Source of the DNA: Gracilinanus agilis
Lineage: Eukaryota
Length of the DNA stretch: 64,000 nt
Assembly: GCF_016433145.1 (NCBI RefSeq)
Contig: NC_058131.1
Coordinates: forward strand, 180,846,964-180,910,963
Direction: 5' to 3'
Shown here: positions 22,701 to 35,620 of the stretch, one piece after another
Layout of the letters: every line of letters starts with the position of its first letter
How positions within the stretch are numbered: the stretch's first letter is position 1
Made by a program: the position numbers and the translations under genes
The notes under the pieces: model-generated
What the model saw: only the letters and a program-made list of their open reading frames with translations
Database searches by the model: none
What the model was told of the DNA's origin: nothing

Positions 22701-25700
22701 TAACCTTATTCCCTATAGTCATCACCATTTTTTGGACTTCAGTATTCTGCATACAGGTTGTTGTGAGACTCAAATGATGTTATATACATAAAAGCAGAAA
22801 CAGAGGCAAAGGATTGTTGCTATTAAGGTATTAAATGGATTCCACAGTTCTTTTGACCCATTAGGTTTAACTCAAGTACGTCCTGAGGGATTTCTTCCTG
22901 TGTGCCCACCCCTAGCTGTCTTAGGTTCTCTGGGATATAAAAGAAGTAGGATACATCTTCTAGATAATGGCATAGTCATTTATTAAAAGTTTTTTTGAGT
23001 ACTTGATCTGTGCGGAGTGTTGTGCTAAGGGATGAGCGAGACTTAAAATATAAATAAAATATAGTTATAGTCTTTGCCCTCCTGGTAGGGGGAATGTGGG
23101 GAGTCTGACATATTGAGAGAAAGATATAAAGCATAATATTATAAACTCCTCAGCCTGGCATTTAAAGCCTTTCCCACACACTGTGCCTCTCACCTGCCTC
23201 TCCAGACATTTAACACCAGGTTTCATCATCTCTTTCCAAACTTATGTACAAGAATATATATCCCATGTTCTTCCTTTCCTCATCCTCCTAGTATTCCTAG
23301 CTTTCAGGCTCAGCTCAGGAACCACATTCCGCATTCAGCAATAAACACTTATTAAGTCTCTAAACCTTGTCCCATGCATTGAGCTAAGCACTAAGGATAC
23401 AAAATGGGGCAAAAGACAGTCCTGCCCTCAAGGTAACAATCCAGTGAGAGAGAACAGCAAACACATAGATATAAATTAGCTATATTCAAGGTGAATAGTA
23501 GATTAAAAAAGGAAAAGCGCTAGCATGAGGAGTTGAGAAAGGCTTCTTGTAGATGATGTGCTTTTAGTTGGCACTGGAAGGAACCTAAGGAAGCCAGTAT
23601 GAGGAGGGAGAGCATTCCAGGCTTGGGGAACAGCCAGAATAAATTAGAGATGGAGAGTTTTGTTTGTGGAATAGCAGGGTTAATGTCATGGGATTGAGTG
23701 ACATGGCCAAGACTAAGGTATAAGAAGAATGAGATTATGAGGGCTTTGAATGCCTGAGGATGTTATATTTGACTATGGAGGGCACAGGGAACAATTGGAG
23801 TTTATTGAATAGAAAGTGCTTTTGGAAAATCACTTTGGTGTTTGAATCGAGGATGGATTGGAATGAAGAAATCCCAGCTTTAACCTAGTTATATGGCAAG
23901 ATTGCATGACCTCCTTGAGCCTCTCTTTTGTAATGATGGCCTTACCTCTTAGGGTTATTATGAGGAACAAATTAGATAATGGAAGCAATTAGTGCCTGTG
24001 AGGGCCTATGCAAATGCCATTTATTAGGCACTTATTAGGTGCCTACTTAGAGTTGGTTGTTTTGCTAAAGGGGAAAGATACCAAGAAAAACTAAAGACAA
24101 TTTCTGGTCTCAAGGAGCTCATAGTCTGATGTGGAAGACAGCATGAAAACAACTACAAACAAGCCATATATACAGGACAAATTGGAAATCACCTGAAGGA
24201 AGGCATTAACTTTAAGGGGAATTGAGAAAGAATTCTTAAAAAAGATGAGATTTTATCTGGGACTTAAAAAAATCAGGGAAGCCAGGAGACTGAGATAGGG
24301 AGAAAGAGAATTCCAGGCATGGGAGAAATCCTGTGAAAATGCCTGGTTATTGGGAGATGGAGTATCTTGTGTGCGAAACAGTAAGGAATCCAATCCAGTA
24401 TCACTGGGTTGCTGAGTACATAGGAGTACAGAACGTGATCTTTGTACCATACCATGCAAGAGAGAAGTAGCCCTACATGCCTCAGTAGCCCTTTAGAGAA
24501 ATCCCAGTGATGGATGTGTGACTAGTGGTGACCCTGAGCATTCAAGTAAAGGTTATATATGGTTAATAGTTCTGGTTTAAGGAATTGGAAAAGTAGTGTG
24601 ATAACAGTTCAGAAAAATTCCAATCCTAAATGGGGAAAGTAAATGAAATTTAGATTCAAAAGGATGAAACTAATCTACTCCTGAAATAACCAATAGCTGC
24701 ATATAATAACTATCCAGCAGTGCTAAATAAATGAGAGATATACCTGGAAAATATATTTATAAACAAACATTTTGAGATTATAACATAGGACTGGACTTGG
24801 ACAGCTAATTAATGTAGGGAAAACAATCAAGGTGTTGTTAAGCCATTTGTTTGAAGTCAGTTTTAAGTCTTTTTGGACATGTCTGTTTTTCCCTGTGCCA
24901 ACACCCTGGATATCAATATTTTGCATGGGATTCTGCTTGAAGACAAGCATGACAACCTGGAAGCCCAAGTTTCACAAAGAGAGCATTTCTTTTTAATAGC
25001 CTGATGGAAAGCTAGGAGGAGAAGAGAGGAACCTCAGTCACTTGATGTTAATTTCTCTTTCTTTAAAAGTATTTTGTGCCACTGCAAATTCTGTGAAACA
25101 AAGTATTTTCCTAAGTACTTGCTGTGTGCACCTTAGCAGTACTCTAAGGATTTGTGTAATGTGGTTGGCTCATTAGGAGAGCTTATCCACCTTTCTCCCC
25201 AGGAAAAGGTATACTTGTGTGCATAGGTACACATACTTATGTACTTTAATTTGCTTCTCTCTTCAGAGAAAAGGTATAATATTCAGCGTATAATCTATAT
25301 TCTTGGTCCACAAACTGCTTGTGAAGATTTTTGTGTCAAGGTATTAAATGAGATCTAGATCTTTCAAGCAAAGTGGCTATCTGATGTTGAGACACATTAT
25401 AGGATCATGGGATTTAGAGCTGGAACAGACCTTAGAGATCAATTAGTCTAGCCTATTCATTTTAGAGATGAGAAAATTGAGGACCTCCAAAGGTGATCTG
25501 ACAACCAAACTTTTTCAGCTAGTAAGCAGAGCTTGGTGATGGTTGTGATGGAATCATTAAATAATAACACCTCCATAAAGCCCTTCTCTGATGCTTCATT
25601 ATAAATTCTTAAAGGCTATATGCCAGTAAGGTGCAAGCTTTGGCAGGTTCTACCATGATGGAAAGTTTGAGAATAACCCTGAGAAAGTAAAGTTAGGAAT

Positions 25701-26390
25701 GAGGCTGGAAGAGAAATGAAGGAGGAGAGAGGAATGATCTAATTAATTACTTAGAGGCATATTACCAATAGACTGACCATCTGGTGGTGAAATATTTTTT
25801 GACTGTGGCAGCCCATGAAACGAAACAAAATAGTTGGGCATTTTATTTTGTAGATTCCTTCCAATTTAGCATTGATAGTGATAAATTAACAGGAAAAGAG
25901 GCAGTAAATTCTAAGAGTTTCACAGTTTTGAAACTGTTGATATTCTAAATATGAAATTCTTGTCAGTGACCAAGGAGTTGATATGTTGCTGAAGGATTTG
26001 AATCATAACAGTCTTTACATTCTTGCCATAAATGAAACCAGAAGAAAGAATTGGTAGCTAAATGGAAGGATGATAAATGTTCTTGCCAGGCATTCCTTGG
26101 AGAGTCAGTGAAAAGAACTGGCATAATAGGTTTTCATGTAACTCAAATCAATGATTATGTCAAAAGATATTTGGCTACCAAGCCATGCAGTTCTTATGCT
26201 ATATATTTGCAAAAAGACAGTCATGAAAATCATTATAGTTTATGTACCAATATTGGTTACTGAGAAAGAACTGAGAGAAAAAATTTGTAAAGAACTTAAC
26301 TTGTTTAGACCCTCCAAATCCAGTCATCATACTCTCTGGTACTTTAGTGCAAAGGTGGTAAAAGGTGAGGATTGTGACAAATATATGGGA

Positions 26391-27076
26391 CTGCCTTTTG
26401 ATCCAGCAATACCACTACTACGTTTGTACCCCAAAGAGATAAAAAAAAGTTTGTACAAAAATTTTTATAGCCACGCTATTTGTGGTGGCAAAAAATTGGA
26501 AAATGGTGGATTGTCCCTTGATTGGGGAGTGGCTGAACAAATTGTAGTATGTGATGGTGATGGAATACTATTATGCTATCAGGAATGATGAGCTGCTTGA
26601 TTTCTATATAAACTGGAAAGACCTTCATGAACTTATGTGGAGTGAAATGAGCAGAACCAGGAGAACATTGTACATAGTAACTAAAAAATTATGGGGTGAT
26701 CAAATGTAATAGACTTTGCTACTAGTAGCAATGCAATGATCCAGGACAATCTTGAGAGACATATGAGAAGGAATGCTTCCACATCTAGAGAAAGAGCTGT
26801 GGGAGTAGAAATGCAGAAGAAAAAATATGATTTATCACTTGTTTATATGGGTATATGATTTGGGGTTTTGGTTTTCAAAGATTACCCTATTATAAAAATG
26901 AATAATATGGAAATAAGTTTTGCTTGATAATACATATATAACCTAGTGGAATTGCTTGTCAGCACCAGGAGGAGGGAGGTAAAAGGGGAGGGAGAGAACA
27001 TGAAACATGTTACCATGGAAAAGTACTTTTTAAAAAAATAAGTTAATTAAAAAATAAAAAGCACTTTATATGAAAA
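26391..27076 (+). mobile_element. 5'-truncated L1 inserted into an RTE element
   Basis: Encodes LPFDPAIPLLRLYPKE (L1 ORF2 C-terminal motif). A-rich tail. TSD aaatatatggga / aaatttatggga (26379-26390 / 27077-27088). Confidence 0.88.
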
Positions 27077-27460
27077 AAATTTATGGGAAACTATGGAAGG
27101 AGAGAGAGAGACATGAAAGGCCAAAGACTTATAGATTATACAAAAGCTTTATGTGTCTTCTCTCACAAATACTTAAAAATGAAAGTATTGATAGGTGCTG
27201 GACATAGCAAGCACCAAATCATATCACAGAAAATTAAATTGACTATTTTAACACATAGGAAGAGTTGTTTTAGACATAGATGGTATTATCCCTGAGTCAA
27301 AGACTGTGTATTGTGAGACCATTGACTTCTCTAGCCCTAAGATAAGAATTTACAATAAATTAGGAAGCAAGAATAGTAAACAGGAAAAGGCATCACATAT
27401 AATTAAGAAGACTTAACCCTGGACTATTTAAATAAGCTATTGAAAATAAAAAATGAGTGG

Positions 27461-27643
27461 GGGCAGCTGGGTAGCTCAGTGGAGTGAGAGTCAGGCCTAG
27501 AGACAGGAGGTCCTAGGTTCAAACCCGGCCTCAGCCACTTCCCAGCTGTGTGACCCTGGACAAGTCACTTGACCCTCATTGCCCACCCTTACCACTCTTC
27601 CACCTATGAGACAATACACCGAAGTACAAGGGTTTAAAAAAAA
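27461..27643 (+). mobile_element. Young SINE1_Mdo-type SINE inserted into an RTE remnant
   Basis: Full length with retained CpGs. TSD aaaaaatgagtgg (27448-27460 / 27638-27650). Confidence 0.95.
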
Positions 27644-28484
27644 TGAGTGGATAGCAGAAGCAATATCAGCAATTATTGTAATTTCATCTAGAACTTAAAC
27701 CAATATAAATTAATTAATGCAATAAGGAAACCAAATTTTCTTCCAAGACTTTGTTTAAAATGAAGAAAAAATAAATGAAATCTATGTTTTATCCCACCCC
27801 TTGCCCCCAGTGAAAAGGAGGGAAAAACAAACCCCTTGTAACAAATAGTTGTAGTTTAGCAAAACAAATTCCCATCTTGTACAGTCTTAAAAACAAGATG
27901 CCTTAGGCTGCACTCTTGAGCCCATTTCCTAACCAGGAGGGTGGTTATCATGTCACAGTCCTCCAGAATTGTGGTTGCTTATTGCTTTGATCAGAATTCC
28001 TAAGTTTTTCAATTTGTCTTTTACAGTATTGTTGTTATATGGTATGAATTGTTCCCCTGGTTCTACTTACTTTTGTCTGATCATTTCACATAGGCCTTCT
28101 TAGGTTTCTCTGAAATGACCAACTTCATAACTTCTTAGATCACAATAGTATTCTTTCACATTTATATCCCATAATTTGTTGGCCATTCCCCAGATGATGG
28201 GCATCCCCTTAGTTTCTAGTTCTTTGCCACCACAAAAAGAACTATTGTAAATATTTTTGTATATGTAGGCTCTTTTCTTCTTAATTTGATTTCTTTGGGT
28301 TTGTAGACCTAGAATTAGTATTTGGGGTCAAATAGTATGCACAGTTTAATAACTTTTTGGATATAGTTGCAAATTACTTCTTAGAATGTCTGGATCAGAT
28401 GACAACTTTACTAATAGTGCATTCATGTACCTATTAACTAACATCCCCTCCAGCATTTGTCATTTTCCTTTTTGTTACTGTTAT

Positions 28485-28869
28485 TGACAAAACAAGATAG
28501 AAAAAGCAGTAGGACCAGATGAAATTGAAGTGCCCGGAGACTTATCCCAATAAATGAGTCTGAACCAACAATGCAAAATGCAAAGGGACTTTATTATCTT
28601 AGCTTAAGCTAAGGGTCTTCACACCGACAAGTCGATGTGGAACCACGAGCTGTGTGGAGCTGGGTTTTTATAGAGTAGTAGGCAGCAGGGGGCGGGATAG
28701 GGGGATGTCTGTACGCAGCAGGGGACAGGATAGTGGGATGTCTTCAAGGTAGGTGTTCCTTCAGATAAGGGGGAGAGGTCTGAAAAGTAGACATACCTTC
28801 AGAAAAGGGGGAGAGGTCTGGAAACCAAAGGTCTATAGGCTAGGAATTCCTACAGACAAGCCTGTTTCA
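28485..28869 (-). mobile_element. Solo LTR (ERV1-like), 385 bp
   Basis: TG...CA ends with 4-bp TSD ttat (28481-28484 / 28870-28873). Minus-strand TATA (28666-28672) and AATAAA (28590-28595). Internal 25-bp direct repeat (28758-28782 / 28796-28820). Confidence 0.85.
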
Positions 28870-28996
28870 TTATAATGTCATACAGAGATCTGGATTTTTA
28901 ATTATGACTCTAGGTTCCACAAAAATATATAGAGAATGGATCATGCTTGAGGCAATGTAATTATGAAGGCAGTGAGAGACTGAAATAAAAGCTATT

Positions 28997-29289
28997 TTTT
29001 AAAATAATTTTTTATTTTTAGAAAAATTTTCCATGGTTACATAAGTCATGTTTTTACTTTCCCCTTCACCCTCTCAACCCCCCGGCCCCCTCTGCTGTAG
29101 CCAATTCGTCTTTCCACTGGTTTTATTATGTGTGGTCAGTCAAGACTTATTTACACGTATTATTGATAGTTATATGGGTGTGGTCTTTTCAGGTCTACAT
29201 CCCCAATCATGTCCTCATCAACCCAAGTGTTCAAGCAGTTGTTTTTCTTCTGTGTTTCTACTCCTGTAGTTCTTCCTCTGAATGTGGGT
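28997..29289 (-). mobile_element. 5'-truncated L1 3' end
   Basis: TSD tgaaataaaagctatt / tgaaataaaagatatt (28981-28996 / 29290-29305). Same 3' UTR type as 16040-16550. Confidence 0.85.
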
Positions 29290-31163
29290 TGAAATAAAAG
29301 ATATTGAAGTGAACAAAACAAACTTTATTACCCCAAAAAAGTAACTGAGAGCTACTTATCTATATGTCTACTAAGTTTTATGAGAGTCATCTATACCCAA
29401 AGCAAGATCATCCCCTAATACAATTCCTAATTCACAAGTTATGTTATTGCTTTTGAAAGCATTAATCAATAATAGACCATGACTTTATCATCTCACTTTT
29501 GACTGAAAGTGAAGGATAAGTGAAGGGCCAGGGGGCTCCATTGGCACCCTTGTGTTATCAGAAAACCTTGAGGAAGGTCACTAGCATCATCAGTAGATCT
29601 CTGGTGTCAGTCTTTTAGAAGATCTTGGACAAGAGTCTTACAGGATGGGGAGGCATGAATATATTTTGATTTGCATTTGGCATCTCTGGCTTCTTTCAAG
29701 AATCAATTTCACCTCTCCCTTACCCTCCTGCCCCCAGACCTTTTCCTTTGTGATTACCTTTAATTTATTCTATATATGTACATGTTATTTCCCCAGTTAG
29801 AAGATGAGCTCCTTGAGGGCAGGGAGAGTTTTTGCCTTTGTATCTTCAGTGCTTTGTGTTGTATTTGGGCACAGAAAAAATTTAAATGCTTTTTAACTGA
29901 TTGAAAGGAGTAAAATCTTGTTGCCTGATTGGCACTTGCTTGGTTGCCACAGACATTCAATTTGTTAACAACAACAAAACCCAATATTTGTGAAGCACAA
30001 TAAGGGAAACAATTAAATGAAACATGCCTATGTTTATATTGCTTTATTTTATTGTTGTCATTATAGTAAAATGGAACCCAAGAATCCATTCTTCCATTTC
30101 GTTTTCTACTCCCCCCCCCACTTTTTTTAAAACTCTTACCTTCCATTTTAGAATTTGTGTTGTGCTTTGCTTCTACAGTAGAAGAGTAATTATTAGCCCA
30201 GGGTTACATAGCTAGGAAGAAGCTGAGGCTAGCTTTGAACCTAGGACCTCCCATCTCTAGGCCTGGCTTTCAATCCACTGAACCACATAGCCACCTCTCC
30301 CTCCTCATTTCTTCTTTAAAAAGTTTTTTTTATTGATTGTCAACATGCATTGTTAAATACCTACTATGTGCCAGGGAGCATGCTAACCACTGGAGTTTCA
30401 GAAGCCAAAACAGGAGCTCATAATCTAATGATAGAGGCAGTATCCATGTACAAACAAGATAAATTGGACATAATCTCAGAGGGAATACACTGAGATTAAG
30501 GAGATCTGGGAAAGGCTTCTTGCTGAATATGGGCCAGTAACTGAGGCTTGAAGGAGGAAACCAGGAGACAGATGAGGAAGGAGAGAGCTCAGGCCTGAGG
30601 ATAGCCAGTGAAAAATGCCTGAAATCTGGAACTGGAGCATCTTGCATGGAAGATCAATGTCACAGAAAGAGGAATAAACTATAAGAAATACTTGACAGAG
30701 GATCTAGGTTATGAAAGGCATTAAAAGCCAAGTAGAATATTTTAAGTTTGATCCTAGAAGTAACAGGGAACCCCTGGAGTTGATTGAATATGGGTATAAC
30801 ATGATTAGGACATGCTTTAGGAAGAACAGTTTGGCAGCTGAGTGGAGGATGAACAGGAGTCAAGAGAATTGAGGCAGGGAGGCACACCAGCAGGCTGTTG
30901 CACTACAGTAGTGTGTGAGATCATGAGGACCTGCATCAGGGTGGTGGCAGGATCAGAGACTTCTATACAAGAGACATGAAGATTAAGGACAGGACTGCCA
31001 ACAGATTGGTTGTGGGGGTCAGGCGGGAGGATAAGTGAGGCAACACCTAGGTTGGGATCCTGGGTGACTGAGATAGTGGTTCCCTGGGCAGTAATAGAGA
31101 AGTTAGGAAGGTAGAATGTGGTTGAAAATGAATTCAGTTTTGAACATATTGGGTTTAAGCTGT

Positions 31164-31292
31164 CTTTTTTTTTTTTTAAACCCTTAACTTCTGTGTATTG
31201 GCTCTTAAGTGGAAGAGTAGTAAGAGGTGGGCAATGGGGGGGTCAAGTGACTTGCCCAGGGTCACACAGCTGGGAAGTGTCTGAGGCCGGAT
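31164..31292 (-). mobile_element. 5'-truncated SINE1_Mdo-type SINE
   Basis: TSD tttaagctgt (31154-31163 / 31293-31302). Confidence 0.88.
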
Positions 31293-31379
31293 TTTAAGCT
31301 GTTTTAAGGTGCCTAGGTTGACATGTTCAATTGAAGTTGGGAGATATGATACCTTTTGGTTTTATATTACTTGTTTTTT

Positions 31380-31588
31380 TTTCTTCTTCTTCTTTTTTTT
31401 TTTTTTTTTTAAAACCCTTGTACTTCGGTGTATTGTCTCATAGGTGGAAGATTGGTAAGGGTGGGCAATGAGGGCCAAGTGACTTGCCCAGGGTCACACA
31501 GCTGGGAAGTGGCTGAGGCCGGGTTTGAACCTAGGACCTCCTGTCTCTAGGCCTGACTCTCACTCCACTGAGCTACCCAGCTGCCCCC
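31380..31588 (-). mobile_element. Young SINE1_Mdo-type SINE
   Basis: Perfect 17-bp TSD tatattacttgtttttt (31363-31379 / 31589-31605). Tail is (ttc)n plus poly-T on the + strand. Confidence 0.95.
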
Positions 31589-34170
31589 TATATTACTTGT
31601 TTTTTAATGAATCTTTCTCCATTTCATCATTCAGTGAGCCATTTATTCCTTGGAGCAAAGATTTTGAAAGAAAATGAAGGTCTGGGGAAGCAGGAAAAGG
31701 TTGTGAGAAGGGGGAGCAATTCAGCAAAGCCAACCAGCATACCATTAATTTCTTATCCTTACTCTTCTACTTTTATTCATGCAAAAGCTTTTCAGTTTCA
31801 AAGAATCACAATGATCTCTTTTCCCTTTTATATTTCCTCTCTATCTCTTATTTACTTAAAGGATCCACTCCAGCCCAAATGGTATAATCCTTAATCTTCA
31901 GGTCACATAGCTATTTTGAATTTTTTTGCAGAATATGCTGTAAGATCCTTGTTTGTCTGGTTTTTGTCAGATTACTTTCTAGTTTTTCCAGCAATTAGCA
32001 AATGGGAAATTGTTTGCTCTATAATTTGTTTTCAAATTATCAGATATTGGATAAATAAGTTCAGTTATTTCTAATTTTTCCATCTCTAGACTGGTCCATT
32101 TATCTTTCCATCTCCCTCATTTTATGAAGAAACAGAGCTTATTACTTTCTCAGTGTCACAGAGTAGCAGATTTGGAATTTGAACTCAGAACCATTATATA
32201 TCCTTTCTACTATTACAAATAGCTTCTGTCTGTTCCTGACATTCTTAATTCTGAGAACCTTTTCATTTTTATAAGTAAACAGGAAATGTTAAAACTTCAC
32301 CCTTCCACCGGAGATTTGCTCTTGCTCCAAACAACCAAGGATAGAGGTCTGACTAAGAAGATGCTGCTAAGATGACTAATTAGCAATTATCTCTTGGGCG
32401 AGTGTCTTGGTTTTTATTCTGAGTTCTTGCCCTTGGAGGGCTAGGGCTATGGTAGTGCTGCTATCAGATTTCAAGTTAAGTGGGCAGAATGGTTCCCAAG
32501 CTTTGAATGGACTGAGATAATTGAACTCTGAACTTCCTCTCTCCACCTGGAATTTAATTGTGCCATCTTGATTATTTTTGATGCTAACAAATGAAAGGCA
32601 TTATCAAGATCTCAGTGATCTGAAAAGGAGGAAGAGAACTGACTGTGTAGTAAGATTGAGGAAACTACTGGATGAGAGAATATGGATGACATTATACCCT
32701 AGAGACTTTTTTAAAAGCAGAGGAAGGACTCTATTGCTTTTGTTAATTTTTTTAGTGAAGGATTTACAGTTATAGAGAGCTTAGAAGAGAAGAAATGGAA
32801 TATCAGAGCTGATGAGATCAGTGTTTCCTTAAAAGTATCCCCCCTCCCAAAGCTAATTGTAATTGCTTTTAGTTTACTGAAAGTGCTCTGTACCACTCAA
32901 CACATTAGGAAGCATTTATCTCAGAGGGAAGATTTGAATAGGGACTGAGGATGAGGGGGTAGTGGGGTGAGTCCATATATTTGTATCCAGGTTAGGTCTT
33001 TGGTAATTCTAGTTCTATATGGGAGAACAGCTAGATGTACACTGGATGGGAAACATAGCAATGGGAACTCTTAACAAGGACATACTTTAATACCTTGGTA
33101 TTTTTGAAAGAGCCTCCCTGTTTATGTACTAGGGCTTTTCAATGTAATCAGCTTTACATATGCAGTTGTCAAGTGTTGGCTTTATCACAGACAAGTCAGT
33201 AAATATTTAAATACTTATTTACTGTATGCAACTCATGTTCTTAGGAAAATACTAAGACAGATGTGACACTGACTTTCAAGGAATTAATAATTTAAAGGGA
33301 CAACCAACTGCAACTAAGTGAACATGCCAAATGTTAAAAGAGATGAAGAAGAATGGAACTTTGGGGCAAAGATGAACAATGGGCTCATAGTTTTAGAGTT
33401 GGAACGACCTTGTCAGTCATTTCGTCCCAGAGTTCTACAGGCTGGAACAAAACTTGACCATTTCACACAGGTCAAAAGTGACCTTGCTGGGATTCGAATA
33501 CAGGTTCTAAGAATCTAATTAAAATTTATCCAGTTCTTTCTTATATCATAGTCTACCTCCCTAGTATGTCATGCCTCTAGTGTTGCTCTCTGCTGTGGTG
33601 GCAACCCTGACTTCTCAGTGGTTCTGTAACATGAGCTTTGGAAAGCTTCTGCCAGCCCAGCTTTGAGTGGGGTCCTAGTGGTGGAGTGTATATCTGAATT
33701 CAGAGAAGTTTATCATTTGAGGGTTAGCCACTAGGTAATGAGTTTAGTTGGGCCAGAGCTATTCATCAAACCATCTATTAAAGCAGGGAGGATTTATTAT
33801 ACATTTTTTTGTGTCATGGAACCTCTGAACTCCTCAGAATGTTTTTAAAACCATAAGATAATAAAATTACAAAGGAACATAATTATCAAAATATAAAAAT
33901 GTTTGTAGATCCTATGTTAAGAATCCCTATGCTGAGGTATGAAATACCTTGTGATCCACCTATAACATTGGAAGAAGGAGCCAAGCAGTTAAGTCACACA
34001 TTTTTCTAAGAACTGAATAACACTTACCATAAAACTTATAATCTCTTTCACTTTGTATACCCTGTAAATCTTTGGTTGTGGGGGAAGTTAACACTATAAG
34101 ACTACCAGTAGAACTGTGCATTTTTTTAATTGAGTAGTAGGTGGGAGAGTGAGACTAAAATTGAGAATGG

Positions 34171-34891
34171 TGTTAAAAAGGAAATTGGGAGATCCTGTAT
34201 GATGAATGTAACGATTATCCAGGATATCTCCCTTTGAGACTGAGAACAAAGATGGAGGCTTCTCAATCTTTAGCCAGTATAAACAGGTGGAAGGAACCGA
34301 AGCTATCTGTAACAGATGCAGAGAAACCCCTTAGGAGACGGAATAGACTTGGCTAGGATTTGGCTCAACTTAGCCCTCTAAGGGTTCCCTCTTCTGCCAT
34401 AGACAGCTAACCTAGGAAAGAGATCAAAATGGATGACTGGGAATTTTGCTATACCCAGTTGGGAACAATCTCAATCCAGGTTAACCTCCACTTAACAAAT
34501 CTTTTTCCTTTAATCAACAAATCTGACTGCTATTGATGATTTATTAAAATGTATGATGATTAAATTGGATCAGGAAAGAGGGTAGTAGGACTCTCTTACT
34601 AGCACCCAAATGAATGACAAGGTCTTCTGCCCTTGGCCATAGTTGAGGCAAGCTTGGAAATCCTCTCTATCTAGATGTTCTTCTTATATTAGCTAACCCT
34701 AGGCTAAATAAATGAAGCAAAGTCTCTAGGTTGTTAGCTGATCTGGTTGAGAAATACACTGAAACTTCAGTCCAGTCACCCTCAGGGCTAACCCTCAAGG
34801 TAAACTGCTAATTCGATTGAGACCACATAGATATTGATTTCAGGGATCAGGAACAGATGCAGGATCACAGTAGATCTCAAATCAGTAAACA
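34171..34891 (-). mobile_element. Probable solo LTR, boundaries uncertain
   Basis: TGTT...AACA ends. Minus-strand TATA-like (~34685) and AATAAA (~34543) are in LTR order. No TSD found. Confidence 0.4.
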
Positions 34892-35421
34892 CTTTCTCAG
34901 GATTTGAATGATTTCAGTCCAGGAGAAGGTCTCAGAGCTGTGTCTCCTCACAGAGTTCAAGAGCAACCCCTAAAAGTTCCCAGGCACCGTTGACCCCCAG
35001 AACCCTTCTGCCACCAATATTCCATCCTCTTCTCCCTGCTTTCTCTGTTCCTGCACATTTCTTTGCATCATTTTGCAAAATCCTTCTCTTCAATGGTATC
35101 TGGATCCCTAAGTTGGCCACCTTGTCTTTTTCTCTTTGTTTTTTGGGGGCAACATTGGCAAGAGAGAGAGACACATTTCATGGAATCATTATTTAGATTG
35201 GAAGGTACCTTTGAGGTCAGAGAATTGCCAGGATCACATGGGCAAGCATTATTTGAAGCATGATTTAAGATGTTCTGACTTTAATCCAAAGCACTACTAC
35301 AGTGCCCTGATTCGGGCTTCTTTATTTTCTCCAGATACCTGGATGTAATTTAGTATTTCACTTGAAGTACAGAATGCATTGGAGGTCTTTAAATTAAGTA
35401 CTCATTAAATATAAATTTATT

Positions 35422-35620
35422 GGTGGCAGGTGGGTGGCTCAGTGGATTGAGAGCCAGGCCCAGAGATGGGAGGTCCTGCGTTCAAATCTGGTCTCAGACA
35501 TGTCCTAGCTATGTGACCCTGGGCAAGTCATTTAACCTCCATTGCCCAGCCCTTACTACTCTTCTGCCTTCTAACCAATACACAGTATTGATTCTAAGAC
35601 TGAAGGTAAGAGTTTAAAAA
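35422..35620 (+). mobile_element. SINE1_Mdo-type SINE (older); a further internally deleted + copy lies at ~37025-37170
   Basis: A/B boxes, CORE-like body and characteristic 3' end (gtattgattctaagac...ggtaag). Confidence 0.88.

Larger units (their letters stand above)
25910..27720 (+). mobile_element. RTE-type LINE remnant (APE endonuclease region) split by an L1 and a SINE
   Basis: Decayed translations NETRRKELVAKWKD, ICKKTVMKIIIVYVP and GNYGRRERDMKGQRLIDY resemble the RTE endonuclease. The sequence resumes after the L1. Confidence 0.8.
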
